DNA of 64,000 bases, from NCBI GenBank assembly GCA_963796275.1, contig CAWCKY010000002.1, positions 719,479 to 783,478 on the forward strand, given 5' to 3'. The position numbers were made by a program, and so were the translations under genes. Origin of the DNA: an uncultured Acidobacteriota bacterium (GTDB lineage: Bacteria > Acidobacteriota > Blastocatellia > RBC074). Positions 1 to 9,716 of this stretch are shown here, in pieces (the stretch's first letter is position 1; every line of letters begins with the position of its first letter). A model generated the notes under the pieces. That model was not told where the DNA came from and did not search any database. It saw only the letters and a program-made list of their open reading frames with translations.

Positions 1-290
1 CCTCCTCATCAATATTTGCCTATATCCGCAGCGCCCGTCATTGTTTGATTGGGAAGAGGTGTCTGGCAGAGATGCAGACCTGGAATTCCCGCTTAAGACA
101 GTAGTCATCATCTCTACCCACTTTTTCAGGCAGCCCAAATCTTGGACCCGAAGAGGGCGAGTGATTGAGAACAGGCAGCGGGGAAGATAGAAGCGGTGAG
201 ATGAGATTAGTGCGAAGAATGCCGGTGAGATGCGTATGACGAGATGGGCGAGATCGACGGGGGACTGTTGGGCTATGGCTAAAATTGTGT

Positions 291-323
291 GAGAGGAGAC
301 CTCGTAGTAAGTGGCCTCCCCTC
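291..323 (-). terminator. Hairpin/intrinsic terminator downstream of ssb
   Basis: Minus-strand RNA GAGGGGAGGCC pairs with GGUCUCCUCUC (11 bp; the two G-U pairs work only on the minus strand), followed by ACACAAUUUU; lies 33 nt after the ssb stop. Confidence 0.5.
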
Positions 324-355
324 GCTATGCAAACGGTCGAATATCCATTCCAAGC

Positions 356-1024
356 TTAAAACGCCAGATCATCGTCCGCCAGTGTGTGAATGATCTCTTC
401 GTCCGGCACACTGAGCAAATCTTCGAGGCCCGACTCGGCAGGCTTTTTCCTCGACCTGCGAGTTGAAGGCGGATTCCTGTTTGCCCTAGCTGCTTTTTCG
501 GTCCCTGTCGCCACTTCGGCTGGGACGTTATTTTGTATCTCGGCTTCACCCTGGTGTGAAGAGCGATTGCGGTCGTCGCCGCTGTTACCAAAAGACTGGA
601 GATCGGCCGCTATTTCGGTCCCTGCCGCCATTTTAGCCAGGCCGTTATCCTGTACATCGGCTTCAACGTAGCGTGAAGAAACATTATGGTTGTTGCCGTT
701 ATTGCCCACAAACTGGAGATCGGTGGCTGTGACCTCGGGGCTATACCGTGTGCGGCCTTCACGATCGGTATACTCTTCGAGGCGGAACCTTCCCTCGAGA
801 TAGATCTGGCGGCCTTTGGCCAGATACTCATTCGCCAGCTCGCCCTGCCGCCCCCAAATCGTTACGCGAAACCATGTAGTATGCTCTTCGCGTTGTCCGG
901 CCGCGTTCTTGCGCCTCTCCGTGGTCGCAACCGACAACTTGCAAACCGCAGTTCCCTGCGGCGTGTACCTGAGCTCTGGATCCCTTCCAAGGTATCCGAT
1001 GATGGTGATCTTGTTAAAAGACAT
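356..1024 (-). CDS. ssb: Single-stranded DNA-binding protein
   Basis: MSFNKITIIGYLGRDPELRYTPQG...TWFRVTIWGRQGE...GRQIYLEGR OB fold; acidic tail DDDLAF; AAAGGAG RBS before ATG at 1024 (the ORF-track extension to 1363 is spurious). Confidence 0.95.
   Translation of the reverse strand: MSFNKITIIGYLGRDPELRYTPQGTAVCKLSVATTERRKNAAGQREEHTTWFRVTIWGRQGELANEYLAKGRQIYLEGRFRLEEYTDREGRTRYSPEVTATDLQFVGNNGNNHNVSSRYVEADVQDNGLAKMAAGTEIAADLQSFGNSGDDRNRSSHQGEAEIQNNVPAEVATGTEKAARANRNPPSTRRSRKKPAESGLEDLLSVPDEEIIHTLADDDLAF
497..730. repeat. 117-bp (39-codon) diverged tandem duplication in the SSB linker
   Basis: TTCGGTCCCTG at 497 and 614; peptides TATDLQFVGNNGN...MAAGTE and IAADLQSFGNSGD...VATGTE. Confidence 0.85.
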
Positions 1025-1095
1025 GGTTGTCTCCTTTGATTGAAATTGAAATTGAAGGAATGTACAGAGCGCAGTGCTCCGTACTGTCACGATAT

Positions 1096-1689
1096 CTACT
1101 GTCCGCCCCAACCTTTGAATCTCTTCACTCGTCGGACAAAGAGTTTTCGGAACTCCCGGAAGATGAAATGGATACCGCCAGCACTGACAGAGATTGGTCG
1201 TGCTTCCGCCGGGATCGTTTCTTCCTCGGATGTATCGACCTCCTCCGCCCACTTTTCGATGCGTTGGAGGACCACCATTTTTCTCTCTTCTCCCGTCCGA
1301 CTGTTGCGATAGGATTCTCTCTCCGCTTTCGGCCAATACTCGAGATAGAAGAGATATCGACAAGCTGCCCTGGCCTTCTTCACGCCTTTGGCCCCATCGA
1401 TCAGCAATGCCGATGCGATGGTAAACGCATCGTCCACTTCAGCACCCGACAGCCCGTAGGTATTGATCGCACGCGCCATATCCTTTGGAGTAGCCAGAAA
1501 GCAAATCCATCCGCCTGGGCAGGCGAATGCGTCGTTATTCCAAAATAGAGGAAGGCTTCGGATTTCTCCGACCCAGGTAGCTGCGACTGGGGCCTGCGCA
1601 TATGCCCAGGACCACATATCGACACGGCCGGTGGCGTTAATGATCTCCGCTACGCGACTGAGTAAACCGCGGTTCACTTTGAGCGGCAT
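1096..1689 (-). CDS. Hypothetical protein (mobile-element associated)
   Basis: GGAGG RBS before ATG (MPLKVNRGLL...); co-oriented with ssb; no recognisable family. Confidence 0.6.
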   Translation of the reverse strand: MPLKVNRGLLSRVAEIINATGRVDMWSWAYAQAPVAATWVGEIRSLPLFWNNDAFACPGGWICFLATPKDMARAINTYGLSGAEVDDAFTIASALLIDGAKGVKKARAACRYLFYLEYWPKAERESYRNSRTGEERKMVVLQRIEKWAEEVDTSEEETIPAEARPISVSAGGIHFIFREFRKLFVRRVKRFKGWGGQ

Positions 1690-1882
1690 AGATATCCTCC
1701 CGAGCGGTTGAACTGAAATCGGAGTTGCGCGTTGGGGCTTCCCATCCGCCGTCACGTTCCCGCTTACAGCATTAATCTTCGATCCACGACCGGGAGAGTG
1801 CCGGCGCCGGACGCGCCGAGGCGGGAACGGGTCGCAATCACGAAGGCAAGCCACCATGAACGCGACCCGGCGCAATCGAGTA

Positions 1883-3856
1883 TTATCTCGGGTTGCGTGG
1901 ATTTGACGGGAACTTCCTCGGCAACCTCGAAGCGCGATGGTAGATGGCGGACAAAGTGAACAGGGCGAGCAGATTCGTGAGCGCTTCGGACTTTGTGATA
2001 AGGTGGTTCGTCATAACGAGTGCGGCCCCTTTCTCCGCAAAGAACTGCTTGCGCTCCTTGAGTGCATCCCACAAACGCGATTGCTCCTGCGTCGAGAGGC
2101 TATGGATCTGATGACCCGGCTCGTTATCACCATAGAATGCCCAGGAAAGAGATCTCAGATCGCGGAGGGACGCGGTCCGGATCTGCTGCATGAGCCTATA
2201 GGCTTCCGGCGAAAGCCTCGCATTCATCAGCCTCCCACGCTTGAGCTCCGAGACCGTGTTTAGCAGCGTGAAGTATTTGAGAGGCAGTTCACCTGACTCT
2301 TTGGCAGCGTATGCCGCCTGCATTACTCCTCCGACGACCTTCGTATCTTCTGCTTTTTGGACGGCCGTGTAGAAACGGCGATAAGTGCGATTGTGACGCA
2401 TCGCCATCAGATGAACGTCCTGATAACAGTCGTCGAGCATCGCTTTGAGTACCTGGCGGGTAAGGATTTGAAGCTCGATGTTGGCCTTAGAGGTGAACCT
2501 TGGCCGGCGTTCGATCGCCTCCAGATCAACGCGGCCGGTCGTCCGATTGGACGGGAAGTAGTCTTTAGGCAGGCTGGATTCGACGCTGACCGGGAAGATG
2601 GTCTTGAGCTCGGCATCGATCTCTTCCCACATTTCATTGAGGTCCAAGCCGCCGGCATAAGCGCGGCGCAGGTAACCGGCGAGGTGGCGCGCCTCTTCGG
2701 GGAGGTCGTCGGCTGCGAACTCGGGATCCAGGCTGCCGCAGGCGATGGTGCGGTCGTAACTCGACATTGTAATGTCTGACCCACTTTCATCATACTGAGC
2801 CGTTGCTTCGAAGCGGTTAAAGGCAGCACACAACTCTTTGATTGTCGCGCCGTTCGATTTGAGCTCGTTCAACGATTCAACAAATTCAGCGGTTATCGTG
2901 ATGGGCGCCGCCGAAGAAGCATCATAAGCAAAGCCCGCAACCTTACGGCAGCCGCGGAGTCTCCTCTTAACCGACGCCAATTCCTCGTCAAAAAGTGAGC
3001 GCCTCATTTTTGGATCAGGGCCGTGATTCGAAATGAGGACGGACCCCGAGTTTGAATGATCGCCGTCAACCGGCTCCTCGCCGGCCGCTTTCACCTTGAC
3101 TTCGGAATTGAGTCTGGCGAGTCGCGTCGCAAGCAGCATCATTTCCTTGAGCACTACGCCTTCGCCGCGATACTCCATTTCGTTGTAGTAAAAAGCGGCA
3201 GACCTTTGAATATCGCGACCACTGCAATCTCTCCCACAAATCGTTTCCAAACACAGAATAAATGCGATAGCGTCATCGTCGTTACCAAGTCTCTTCCTCG
3301 CATAGGACAGTGTCGCGAACTCCACGTCTTCGCTCTGAAGGCCGACCTCCATTATGTGGTCTTCGATTTCGGTCTCCGTCTCTTCGACTACTGGGTTGAG
3401 ACTGGCGAGTTGCATCGATAGTAACGCCATCTCCTTGAGCACTTCCCTGATGCCGCGGCGCGCGATTTCCCTGTACCAATAAGAGGCAACCATTTTCCGA
3501 CCGAAAGAGTCACAGTCTTCCCCGCAGATCGTGTCCAAACACACGATGAACTCGACGGCATCTTCAACGGCGCCCAATCTCTTGATCCCATAGGCCAGTG
3601 TCCCCAGGCGGGCTTCTTCATCCTGCTGGCTGACTGGTGTTGAATCGCCATCAATCTTGTAAAGGACCTTGCCTATGACCGAGAAAAATTCAAAATCGAG
3701 GCGATTTAAGCCGAGGCCTCCGTCTCGATCCTTCGGCTTATCAGACAGGAGGCGGCCAGAGATGTGGTGAATCAGGTCGTGCGTGGGCGAGCCGGTGCTG
3801 GAATACGTGAATAGCGCGCGGTTTGAACGGGCGGCGTTCTCAAATCCAGTTAACAT
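1883..3856 (-). CDS. Hypothetical 657-aa protein with a duplicated Cys-containing domain
   Basis: AAGGAG RBS; long uninterrupted ORF; internal repeat aa 84-154 and 180-250 (CLDTICGEDC / CLETICGRDC). Confidence 0.75.
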   Translation of the reverse strand: MLTGFENAARSNRALFTYSSTGSPTHDLIHHISGRLLSDKPKDRDGGLGLNRLDFEFFSVIGKVLYKIDGDSTPVSQQDEEARLGTLAYGIKRLGAVEDAVEFIVCLDTICGEDCDSFGRKMVASYWYREIARRGIREVLKEMALLSMQLASLNPVVEETETEIEDHIMEVGLQSEDVEFATLSYARKRLGNDDDAIAFILCLETICGRDCSGRDIQRSAAFYYNEMEYRGEGVVLKEMMLLATRLARLNSEVKVKAAGEEPVDGDHSNSGSVLISNHGPDPKMRRSLFDEELASVKRRLRGCRKVAGFAYDASSAAPITITAEFVESLNELKSNGATIKELCAAFNRFEATAQYDESGSDITMSSYDRTIACGSLDPEFAADDLPEEARHLAGYLRRAYAGGLDLNEMWEEIDAELKTIFPVSVESSLPKDYFPSNRTTGRVDLEAIERRPRFTSKANIELQILTRQVLKAMLDDCYQDVHLMAMRHNRTYRRFYTAVQKAEDTKVVGGVMQAAYAAKESGELPLKYFTLLNTVSELKRGRLMNARLSPEAYRLMQQIRTASLRDLRSLSWAFYGDNEPGHQIHSLSTQEQSRLWDALKERKQFFAEKGAALVMTNHLITKSEALTNLLALFTLSAIYHRASRLPRKFPSNPRNPR

Positions 3857-4339
3857 GTGTTATTCTCCTTTTGTAGTTTTTGTATTTCGAATATGAGCGC
3901 GGCAAGGTGGCCTACCTACGCGCTCATTTTTCTTTACCGCCAGCTCAAACCTCTGACCGGCAACAAGAACTGACGCAGGAAAGCTGGGAAGATGCGGAAG
4001 GGAGTTCGTTGTTCTTTCAGGCGATTAGGAAAGCCCTGAAATCACGGATTGCGGGAAAGATCGTGGATAAGGCTCTGCAAGCAATTCGAAAAATGGATCG
4101 AGGAGAGGATGGCGAGATGATCCGCCCCGGCGGCAATAGAAACCAGACAACGTGCTTGATTTCATCTTGAACAGCGCTCTCACCGGGCGGCTGTTTTCTT
4201 TTCGAAGGATCATGGCGCCGGCGCAAAGATCGAATAGAATGCCGCTGACCTACTATCTCCTGTGATTTCGGGCCGCGGGCGCGGGCGTAAAATCGATCAT
4301 TCCCGGAGGCACCCGCACCGGTCCGGATGTGGACACAGG

Positions 4340-4683
4340 TCAATCCAGTGGGATAGTTCGCGAGACGACGCTTATAAGCTCATCCACGAATTTCAGCCCT
4401 TTCTTGATAACTCCCTGAGCGCCTGCCCTCTTAATTTCTTTTATCGTGATTGAATAAGTGGATGTACAGAAGAAGATGGGAGTATCAGGATCGAACGTGC
4501 GGATCAGAAGACAGAGTTCAAGTCCGGTGCCGTCTGGCAAATGATAGTCGAGTAAATAAAGATCGAAGCTTCCACTCATGGCCTTCGTAAGAGCATCAGC
4601 CTTACTGTAAGTCCCAACCACCTCATAACCCTTCAGAAGGTCAACTCTTCGACACACAAGATTTTCTTTTTTGACTCAGGCAT
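4340..4683 (-). pseudogene. Single-domain response regulator (receiver), frameshifted near 4645
   Basis: MPESKKKILCVEE, then in another frame LLKGYEVV...FDLYLLDYHLPDGTGLELC...TPIFFCT...AGAQGVIKK. Confidence 0.8.
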
Positions 4684-4745
4684 AAGTTTCCGCCGTGACG
4701 AACTCAATCAGGCTGGTTGTGGAGCCAGGGCAATTTAGCGGTAAA

Positions 4746-4947
4746 AGTTCGCGAGACGACGCCCCTAAGTTCATCCACGAAATCTTGATAAGTGCTTGAG
4801 CGTCTGCTGCCTTAATTTCATTCATCGTGATTGAATAAGTGCACGTACAAAAGAAAATGGGTGTATTAAGGTCAACGTGCGGATCAGAAGACAGAGTTCA
4901 AGCCCGGTGCCGTCTGGCAAATGATGGTCGAGTAAATAAAGGTCGAA
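4746..4947 (-). pseudogene. Decayed tandem copy of the 3' part of the same response regulator
   Basis: Near-identical DNA to 4355-4567 (e.g. AACGTGCGGATCAGAAGACAGAGTTCAAG, CCGGTGCCGTCTGGCAAATGAT) with small deletions and no 5' end. Confidence 0.85.
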
Positions 4948-5622
4948 TTCTTGCGCGTCTGTTGCAGTTTGAAATCATCTGCTCACACAAGCGTTCGGGA
5001 AATTCTTGGCACTCTGTCTTAGTTGGTGCTTCTCCCATAACAACAGATCGATGCTAGGTCAAAAGCCATAAAAATGACGTAAAGGGTCCATAAAAAATTC
5101 ATAAATGCCAGCCGCCGCCACACAAAAGAACCAGAGACTTCGGGCCGGAAGTATTGATGAAATGAACAACGGGTTCCGCTTCATCTGGACTGCTTTCGTC
5201 AAACTTCATCGAGCAATCTCCCGTTTGGTAGAAAAATCCATGGGAGCAGCGGAATATTCCTCGCCGGTATCGCCAAAATCCTCATCCTCAGCCTAAAGGG
5301 TCTTGGTATGTGTGATCCGCACCGCTCTTTACTTGCAAAATAGAGTCCTAAGAAAACAGGGGGATCCCCGTAATAGATGGGGAAATCCCGATAACCGTAT
5401 GCTTCTATAACAAAACAGTGGGTATTTATTTGATCCGTACTACTGCGGATCATTGGCTGAATCGCTAGTGGATTCAAATGGTTTAAATGAACTTCAGACT
5501 TTCAACTGCAGGTATATTCGCACAGCCCCACTACTCATTGGATAAATTGGAAACGCGCGCACCACGACGTCGCCTGCAGCGTGGCTCGGGTAAAGGATGG
5601 GGAATTCTTCGAAGAGGCCGGG

Positions 5623-5838
5623 CGTGTCGTCGAGAACGACTATGCCGTCGGATTCGCGGTGCCCGGCGCGGGCGACTTGAACATAGCGAATACCATGAGC
5701 GCGCAGCCGAGGCAGGATGTGTTTCTCCACCTGGATTCTTACATCGATCGGTTCGTCACCGGTTTGAGCTGTGAACACAATCAGGTCTTCGGCCAGATCG
5801 AAATCAAGTCGCGCACCTGGTTGACTCCATGCTGCTAG
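5623..5838 (-). pseudogene. Fragment of a phage/plasmid PAPS-reductase-like (adenine nucleotide alpha hydrolase) protein
   Basis: W..P.AR.DFDLAEDLIVFTAQTGDEP...VEKHILPRLRAHGIRYVQVARAG...DGIVVLDDT resembles a mobile-element family recalled from memory; no start codon, ends abruptly. Confidence 0.45.
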
Positions 5839-5955
5839 AACGGCAGTTATGTGGAATTAAAAGTCAACAGATGTACCACATTGCCTTCACCTGCATGGTA
5901 ATTGAATCTCATGCAATCAAACTTGGCTAGTATACTACTTAGTGGGATACTTCTT

Positions 5956-6334
5956 GTGGGCGATGAGGCGCAAAAACTATACACATTCATTGAACTGCCA
6001 GTATTCACGCGGCAGCTCGAGGCGTTGGCCTCATTCGAGACGCTCTATGCTATCCAGGCTGATCTATTTGGCCGACCCGGAGCGATAGCCAGTGATCAAA
6101 GGCACGGGCGGCGCACGCAAAGGGCGCGTCGGCGACCCACAGGATTCACGCGGTAAGAGCGGAAGCTTTCGCTACATCTATCTCTATCTGGAGCACCGCG
6201 GCAGAATTTTCCTGCTGCTATTCTTCAGCAAGAATCAACAGGCCAATCTCTCACCGGAGCAGGTCAAACAGGTCGCGGTTGCGGTTGAGAGGGTAAAAGA
6301 AGCAAACAAAGGCAACGAGGAGGAGAGGTCATGA
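5956..6334 (+). pseudogene. higB: RelE/HigB-2-like toxin, disrupted
   Basis: FIELPVFTRQL...DL[frameshift ~6067]ADPER*PVIKGTGGARKGR...RGKSGSFRYIY...IFLLLFFSKNQQANLS; one frameshift plus an in-frame TAG. Confidence 0.8.
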
Positions 6335-6669
6335 AGACCGGCAAGAAGAAACAAAAAAAGCAGAAGTACATGAGTGATGAACTATTCGGCGAGTTGACGC
6401 TGTCTCTTGACCAAGCTCTGCAGTACTCACACGGCGGACAGGTCAATGCGCGCACGACCGTGCTTCCGGCTCCGCCGAAGCCGATGTCGCAGAAAGAAAT
6501 CATCAAGCTCCGCGAGCAGTTCAATTGCTCGCAAGCAGTTTTCGCGCGGCTGCTCAACGTCAGTGTCAAAACCTTACAGGCCTGGGTGCAAGGTGTGCGA
6601 GTACCAAGCGACGCCGCGTTGAAATTGCTGACATTGCCAAAGCATCACCCTAAGGTCTTGCTTTTCTGA
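6331..6669 (+). CDS. higA: XRE-family HTH antitoxin (HigA-2-like)
   Basis: [38 protein letters not shown]; ATGA overlap with the toxin stop. Confidence 0.85.
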   Translation: MKTGKKKQKKQKYMSDELFGELTLSLDQALQYSHGGQVNARTTVLPAPPKPMSQKEIIKLREQFNCSQAVFARLLNVSVKTLQAWVQGVRVPSDAALKLLTLPKHHPKVLLF

Positions 6670-7123
6670 CGAGGTTGCCGGATAGAAGTATTGGGGCGAA
6701 TGAATCGCCCTGGCCAAGGAGATGATGGACACCAAGGGATCATTTTCCAATGAGTGGATGCTCACAGACGACCGTAATAAATTGTAGCCGTCCCCCGCCC
6801 ACCTGACTTGAGGTGGGCTCACTGTAATGGACCTGAGTCTGATCCGTGCTGTGGTGCAAAGCTGCGATTGATACCCATAATCTCGGCCCCCCAAATAACA
6901 CTCATTCCATCTGGTTTCGTGCTATACTCCCGTTGTCTCAGTTCTCCTACTCTCCAGCATCAACGGTGATGCCTTGTTCGTCGGTTCGGACTTACGTGGT
7001 CGGTTGCTTCGAGAGCAGGTAAATGATAATGCTACGAAGCCGCTCTGTAGTCTGAGTGCCGCTGCCGCCAGCCGAGAACCGTTCCCGCCTCGCGCCCGCC
7101 TGCTTCACTTTCTTAAAGAAAAC

Positions 7124-7411
7124 ATGCCAATTAAATTGTATGTCGGAAATCTGTCGTTCAGCACGACAGCACAACAGCTAGAAGATTTGTTCGCACAATC
7201 AGGACAGGTTGAGTCCGCAAGAATCGCAACTAATCGTGACAGAGGTCGCTCACGCGGGTTTGCCTTTGTTGAGATGACGACCTCGGAGGAGGCACTAGCG
7301 GCGATTCAGGCGCTGGACGGACAAGATGTCGATGGCCATATGCTCAAAGTCAACCAGGTCAGGCCCAAAGAGGACAGCAGAGGCCATACAGCACACAAAC
7401 GCAACATCTGA
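7124..7411 (+). CDS. RNA-binding protein, RRM domain
   Basis: RNP2 KLYVGNL and RNP1 RGFAFVEM motifs. Confidence 0.92.
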   Translation: MPIKLYVGNLSFSTTAQQLEDLFAQSGQVESARIATNRDRGRSRGFAFVEMTTSEEALAAIQALDGQDVDGHMLKVNQVRPKEDSRGHTAHKRNI

Positions 7412-7449
7412 TGCGAAATCTGTTTTCCGCAGAATGTGGTTCGCCTTCG

Positions 7450-8685
7450 CTATGGGAGCCTAACTAAATTAGATAGGAGTGACGGCGCGTGTATGAACGA
7501 CTCTGAGATATAGTCCGTGCAGTTAAGAATGTCATTGACGAGTTCCGTTACCGCAGATTCATCAATTCGCTCGGCACTGACATCGATGATGAGAGATGCC
7601 GGTTGCAGCAACGGATCACTGTGCCGCGTGATTGCAATCACACTGGCCTGACATTCGAACCATTCCGCGATCGCTCGAGCAATGGTCTTCGTGAAGTAAG
7701 CGTAAACTTTTCCGGCATGATAAACCGGATTCTTACCGAAGGCGGCTTCCATCGAATGCGGGCGGTAGACTGAGATCACGCCGCTGACCGGGTTCCCGCG
7801 CCCGACCAAGCCCTCCTCGCCGCACTCGATACAACTCCCCGTGCCGAGTAGATAAATCTTTTTCGGACCGTACGGATTGCCGGAACTGGTGTTGACATTC
7901 AATCGAACCCGATGAGTGTCGCCGATCAGTTCGTCCGCGCGGCGTTGAAGTTCGAGCGACAACCAGGCCAGACTTTCGTCATAGGCACTCCGCGTTGCGA
8001 TTTGTCTCGACAGCAGGGGCACATTCATCGTGATCTCGACTTCTGCGCCGCGGCGCATCGCCAGAATCTTGAGGTCTTCACCGAAACAAGCGCCCGCCGG
8101 CGATCTGTCCGAACAACGCTCGACCTGGCGCTCCAATTCAATGGCCAGATTCTCGAGCGGAGAGAGCGGCCAATATCCGACGGCGATCATTGAGTCGCTT
8201 GCCGTGGCCGAGGCGTATTCCGGCAGGTCGTCCATCGTTCGTGGTTTGAACCAGGCATCGTATTTCGAATAATTGCTGGTCATGCGAGAAAAGCGAAGCC
8301 AGGAGTCCGGATCGAAATTCCGGAGCCGGTCACGCAGCACTCTCCGAACGGCCTCCTCCTGAATGGCCCAGATGTCTATCTCCTGATCTCCGAAGGATGT
8401 GCTCATCCGGCCCGACAAGCTGACAGTGACGGGCTTTCTGAATTCAGAGACCCCGAAATCGGTCCTAAAATGCCCGCCGATAATCGCAAGCTTGTCGACA
8501 TTATGATGGAGAACTGCGCGAAAGTTTTGCAGGCAATAGCTGGCGTATGTACATGAGATTTCTTCGGCCATCGCGTCGGCCAGGGAATCAGGATGCCCTT
8601 TCCCCTTTCGCTCAACGACCTCAAACTCTGAGGCGTTCGGAAAGCTGATGTTCGTCCGCACATTAAGAGATTGATAGTAGTCCAT
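7450..8685 (-). CDS. Methionine adenosyltransferase, archaeal type
   Basis: EVVERKGKGHPDSLAD, HHNVDK, GEDLK, GEEGLVGRGN, EAAFGKNPVYHAGKVY motifs; GAGGAG RBS. Confidence 0.88.
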   Translation of the reverse strand: MDYYQSLNVRTNISFPNASEFEVVERKGKGHPDSLADAMAEEISCTYASYCLQNFRAVLHHNVDKLAIIGGHFRTDFGVSEFRKPVTVSLSGRMSTSFGDQEIDIWAIQEEAVRRVLRDRLRNFDPDSWLRFSRMTSNYSKYDAWFKPRTMDDLPEYASATASDSMIAVGYWPLSPLENLAIELERQVERCSDRSPAGACFGEDLKILAMRRGAEVEITMNVPLLSRQIATRSAYDESLAWLSLELQRRADELIGDTHRVRLNVNTSSGNPYGPKKIYLLGTGSCIECGEEGLVGRGNPVSGVISVYRPHSMEAAFGKNPVYHAGKVYAYFTKTIARAIAEWFECQASVIAITRHSDPLLQPASLIIDVSAERIDESAVTELVNDILNCTDYISESFIHAPSLLSNLVRLP

Positions 8686-8889
8686 GCGATCTCCTCAATC
8701 GTTCAAGAACAGGTTGACGCCCAAACTAAAACAGCCCCTCGCCTGAGCAAGGAGCTGGATTTAGCGTTTCTATGAAAATGGCGCTTGCCGCCAGCCGCGC
8801 GGAAAACCCGAGCACTTGTGGTAGCAATGCAGGACTCTACGGCCGCGCCGCCACGAAGTAAGATTTCCGCCGCCTCAGCGACGTGAGTG

Positions 8890-9660
8890 TCATTCAATTA
8901 ACAACCGCTTGATTGAGGCATCCTCGTCCTGGGTATATTCGATACCACGGACGACCACCACCGGACGGCTCTCGTTCGCCTGCCCCATGATCAGAGAAGC
9001 GGCGGCCGCCAGTTCGTCGACCAGCGCAATCGATGAATTCGCTTGGTTCCCGAAGAGGTCATGCTGCCGTCGTTCTTCGAGATGTCTGATGCCCGCGATT
9101 CCGATGGCGATCCCGATGGAGCCCTCCCGGTCCGGTTTTCCGAAACTGTCCGAGATGATAACGCCCACATCGGCCCGGATCATTTCTTTGATCTTCTGAC
9201 GGATTTGTCTTGCGCTGCGATCCGGGTCGCGCGGGAGAAGGACCACCACTCCTTCATCATGCAGAGCGATATTCGATCTATCGACGCCTGCCCCGGTGCA
9301 GATGAACCCAAGGCGATGTCGGGTGATCACCATTCGTCCTTTCGTCCCCAGTATTTCATCGCTCTCCCGGAGATAGACTTCACAAAGTCGCGGGTCACGG
9401 CCGGTCGACTCGGCCAGTTCGACGGCCCGCGGAGAAGGCTCCACATCCGCTAGACGGACAACCGCGCCCTCGGCTTTACTGACTATCTTCTGGGCAACGA
9501 CAAGAACGTCTCGCTCGGCAATGGTGAATCCGTCCTTCAGGGCAGCCTCGACGATCAGTTCGCCAAGATCAGCGCCCCGAGTAATCAACGGCAGGTTCGG
9601 AACCCCATACAGCCCCGCGGACCAACGTCCGAGGTTATGTGGACTGCCTTCGCTCGTCAT
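8890..9660 (-). CDS. cofE: CofE-family coenzyme F420-0:L-glutamate ligase-like protein
   Basis: LPLITRGADL, DVLVVAQKIVSKAEG, AGVDRSN, LLPRDPDRSA, VIISDSFG, DELAAAASLIMGQ..E..PVVVVRG; GAGGAGG RBS at 9660 (alternative coupled start at 9720). Confidence 0.88.
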   Translation of the reverse strand: MTSEGSPHNLGRWSAGLYGVPNLPLITRGADLGELIVEAALKDGFTIAERDVLVVAQKIVSKAEGAVVRLADVEPSPRAVELAESTGRDPRLCEVYLRESDEILGTKGRMVITRHRLGFICTGAGVDRSNIALHDEGVVVLLPRDPDRSARQIRQKIKEMIRADVGVIISDSFGKPDREGSIGIAIGIAGIRHLEERRQHDLFGNQANSSIALVDELAAAASLIMGQANESRPVVVVRGIEYTQDEDASIKRLLIE

Positions 9661-9716
9661 AGATACCTCCTCACGCACTTTCAAACTAAAGATCGGTCGA
9701 AATCTGCCCGAAAGAC

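Noticed and set aside
190-260. GAGAT-rich short repeats as iterons
   Set aside because: Irregular spacing and too short to support a call
8703-8897. Small ORF between cofE and MAT as a RiPP precursor (HprK-like kinases occur in lasso peptide clusters)
   Set aside because: TTG start without an RBS, no lasso/leader pattern, and no cyclase, peptidase or RRE nearby. An alternative 18-aa ORF from 8893 is also unsupported
8890-9660. Evidence for F420 biosynthesis
   Set aside because: cofE alone is insufficient; no cofC, cofD or FO synthase in the window
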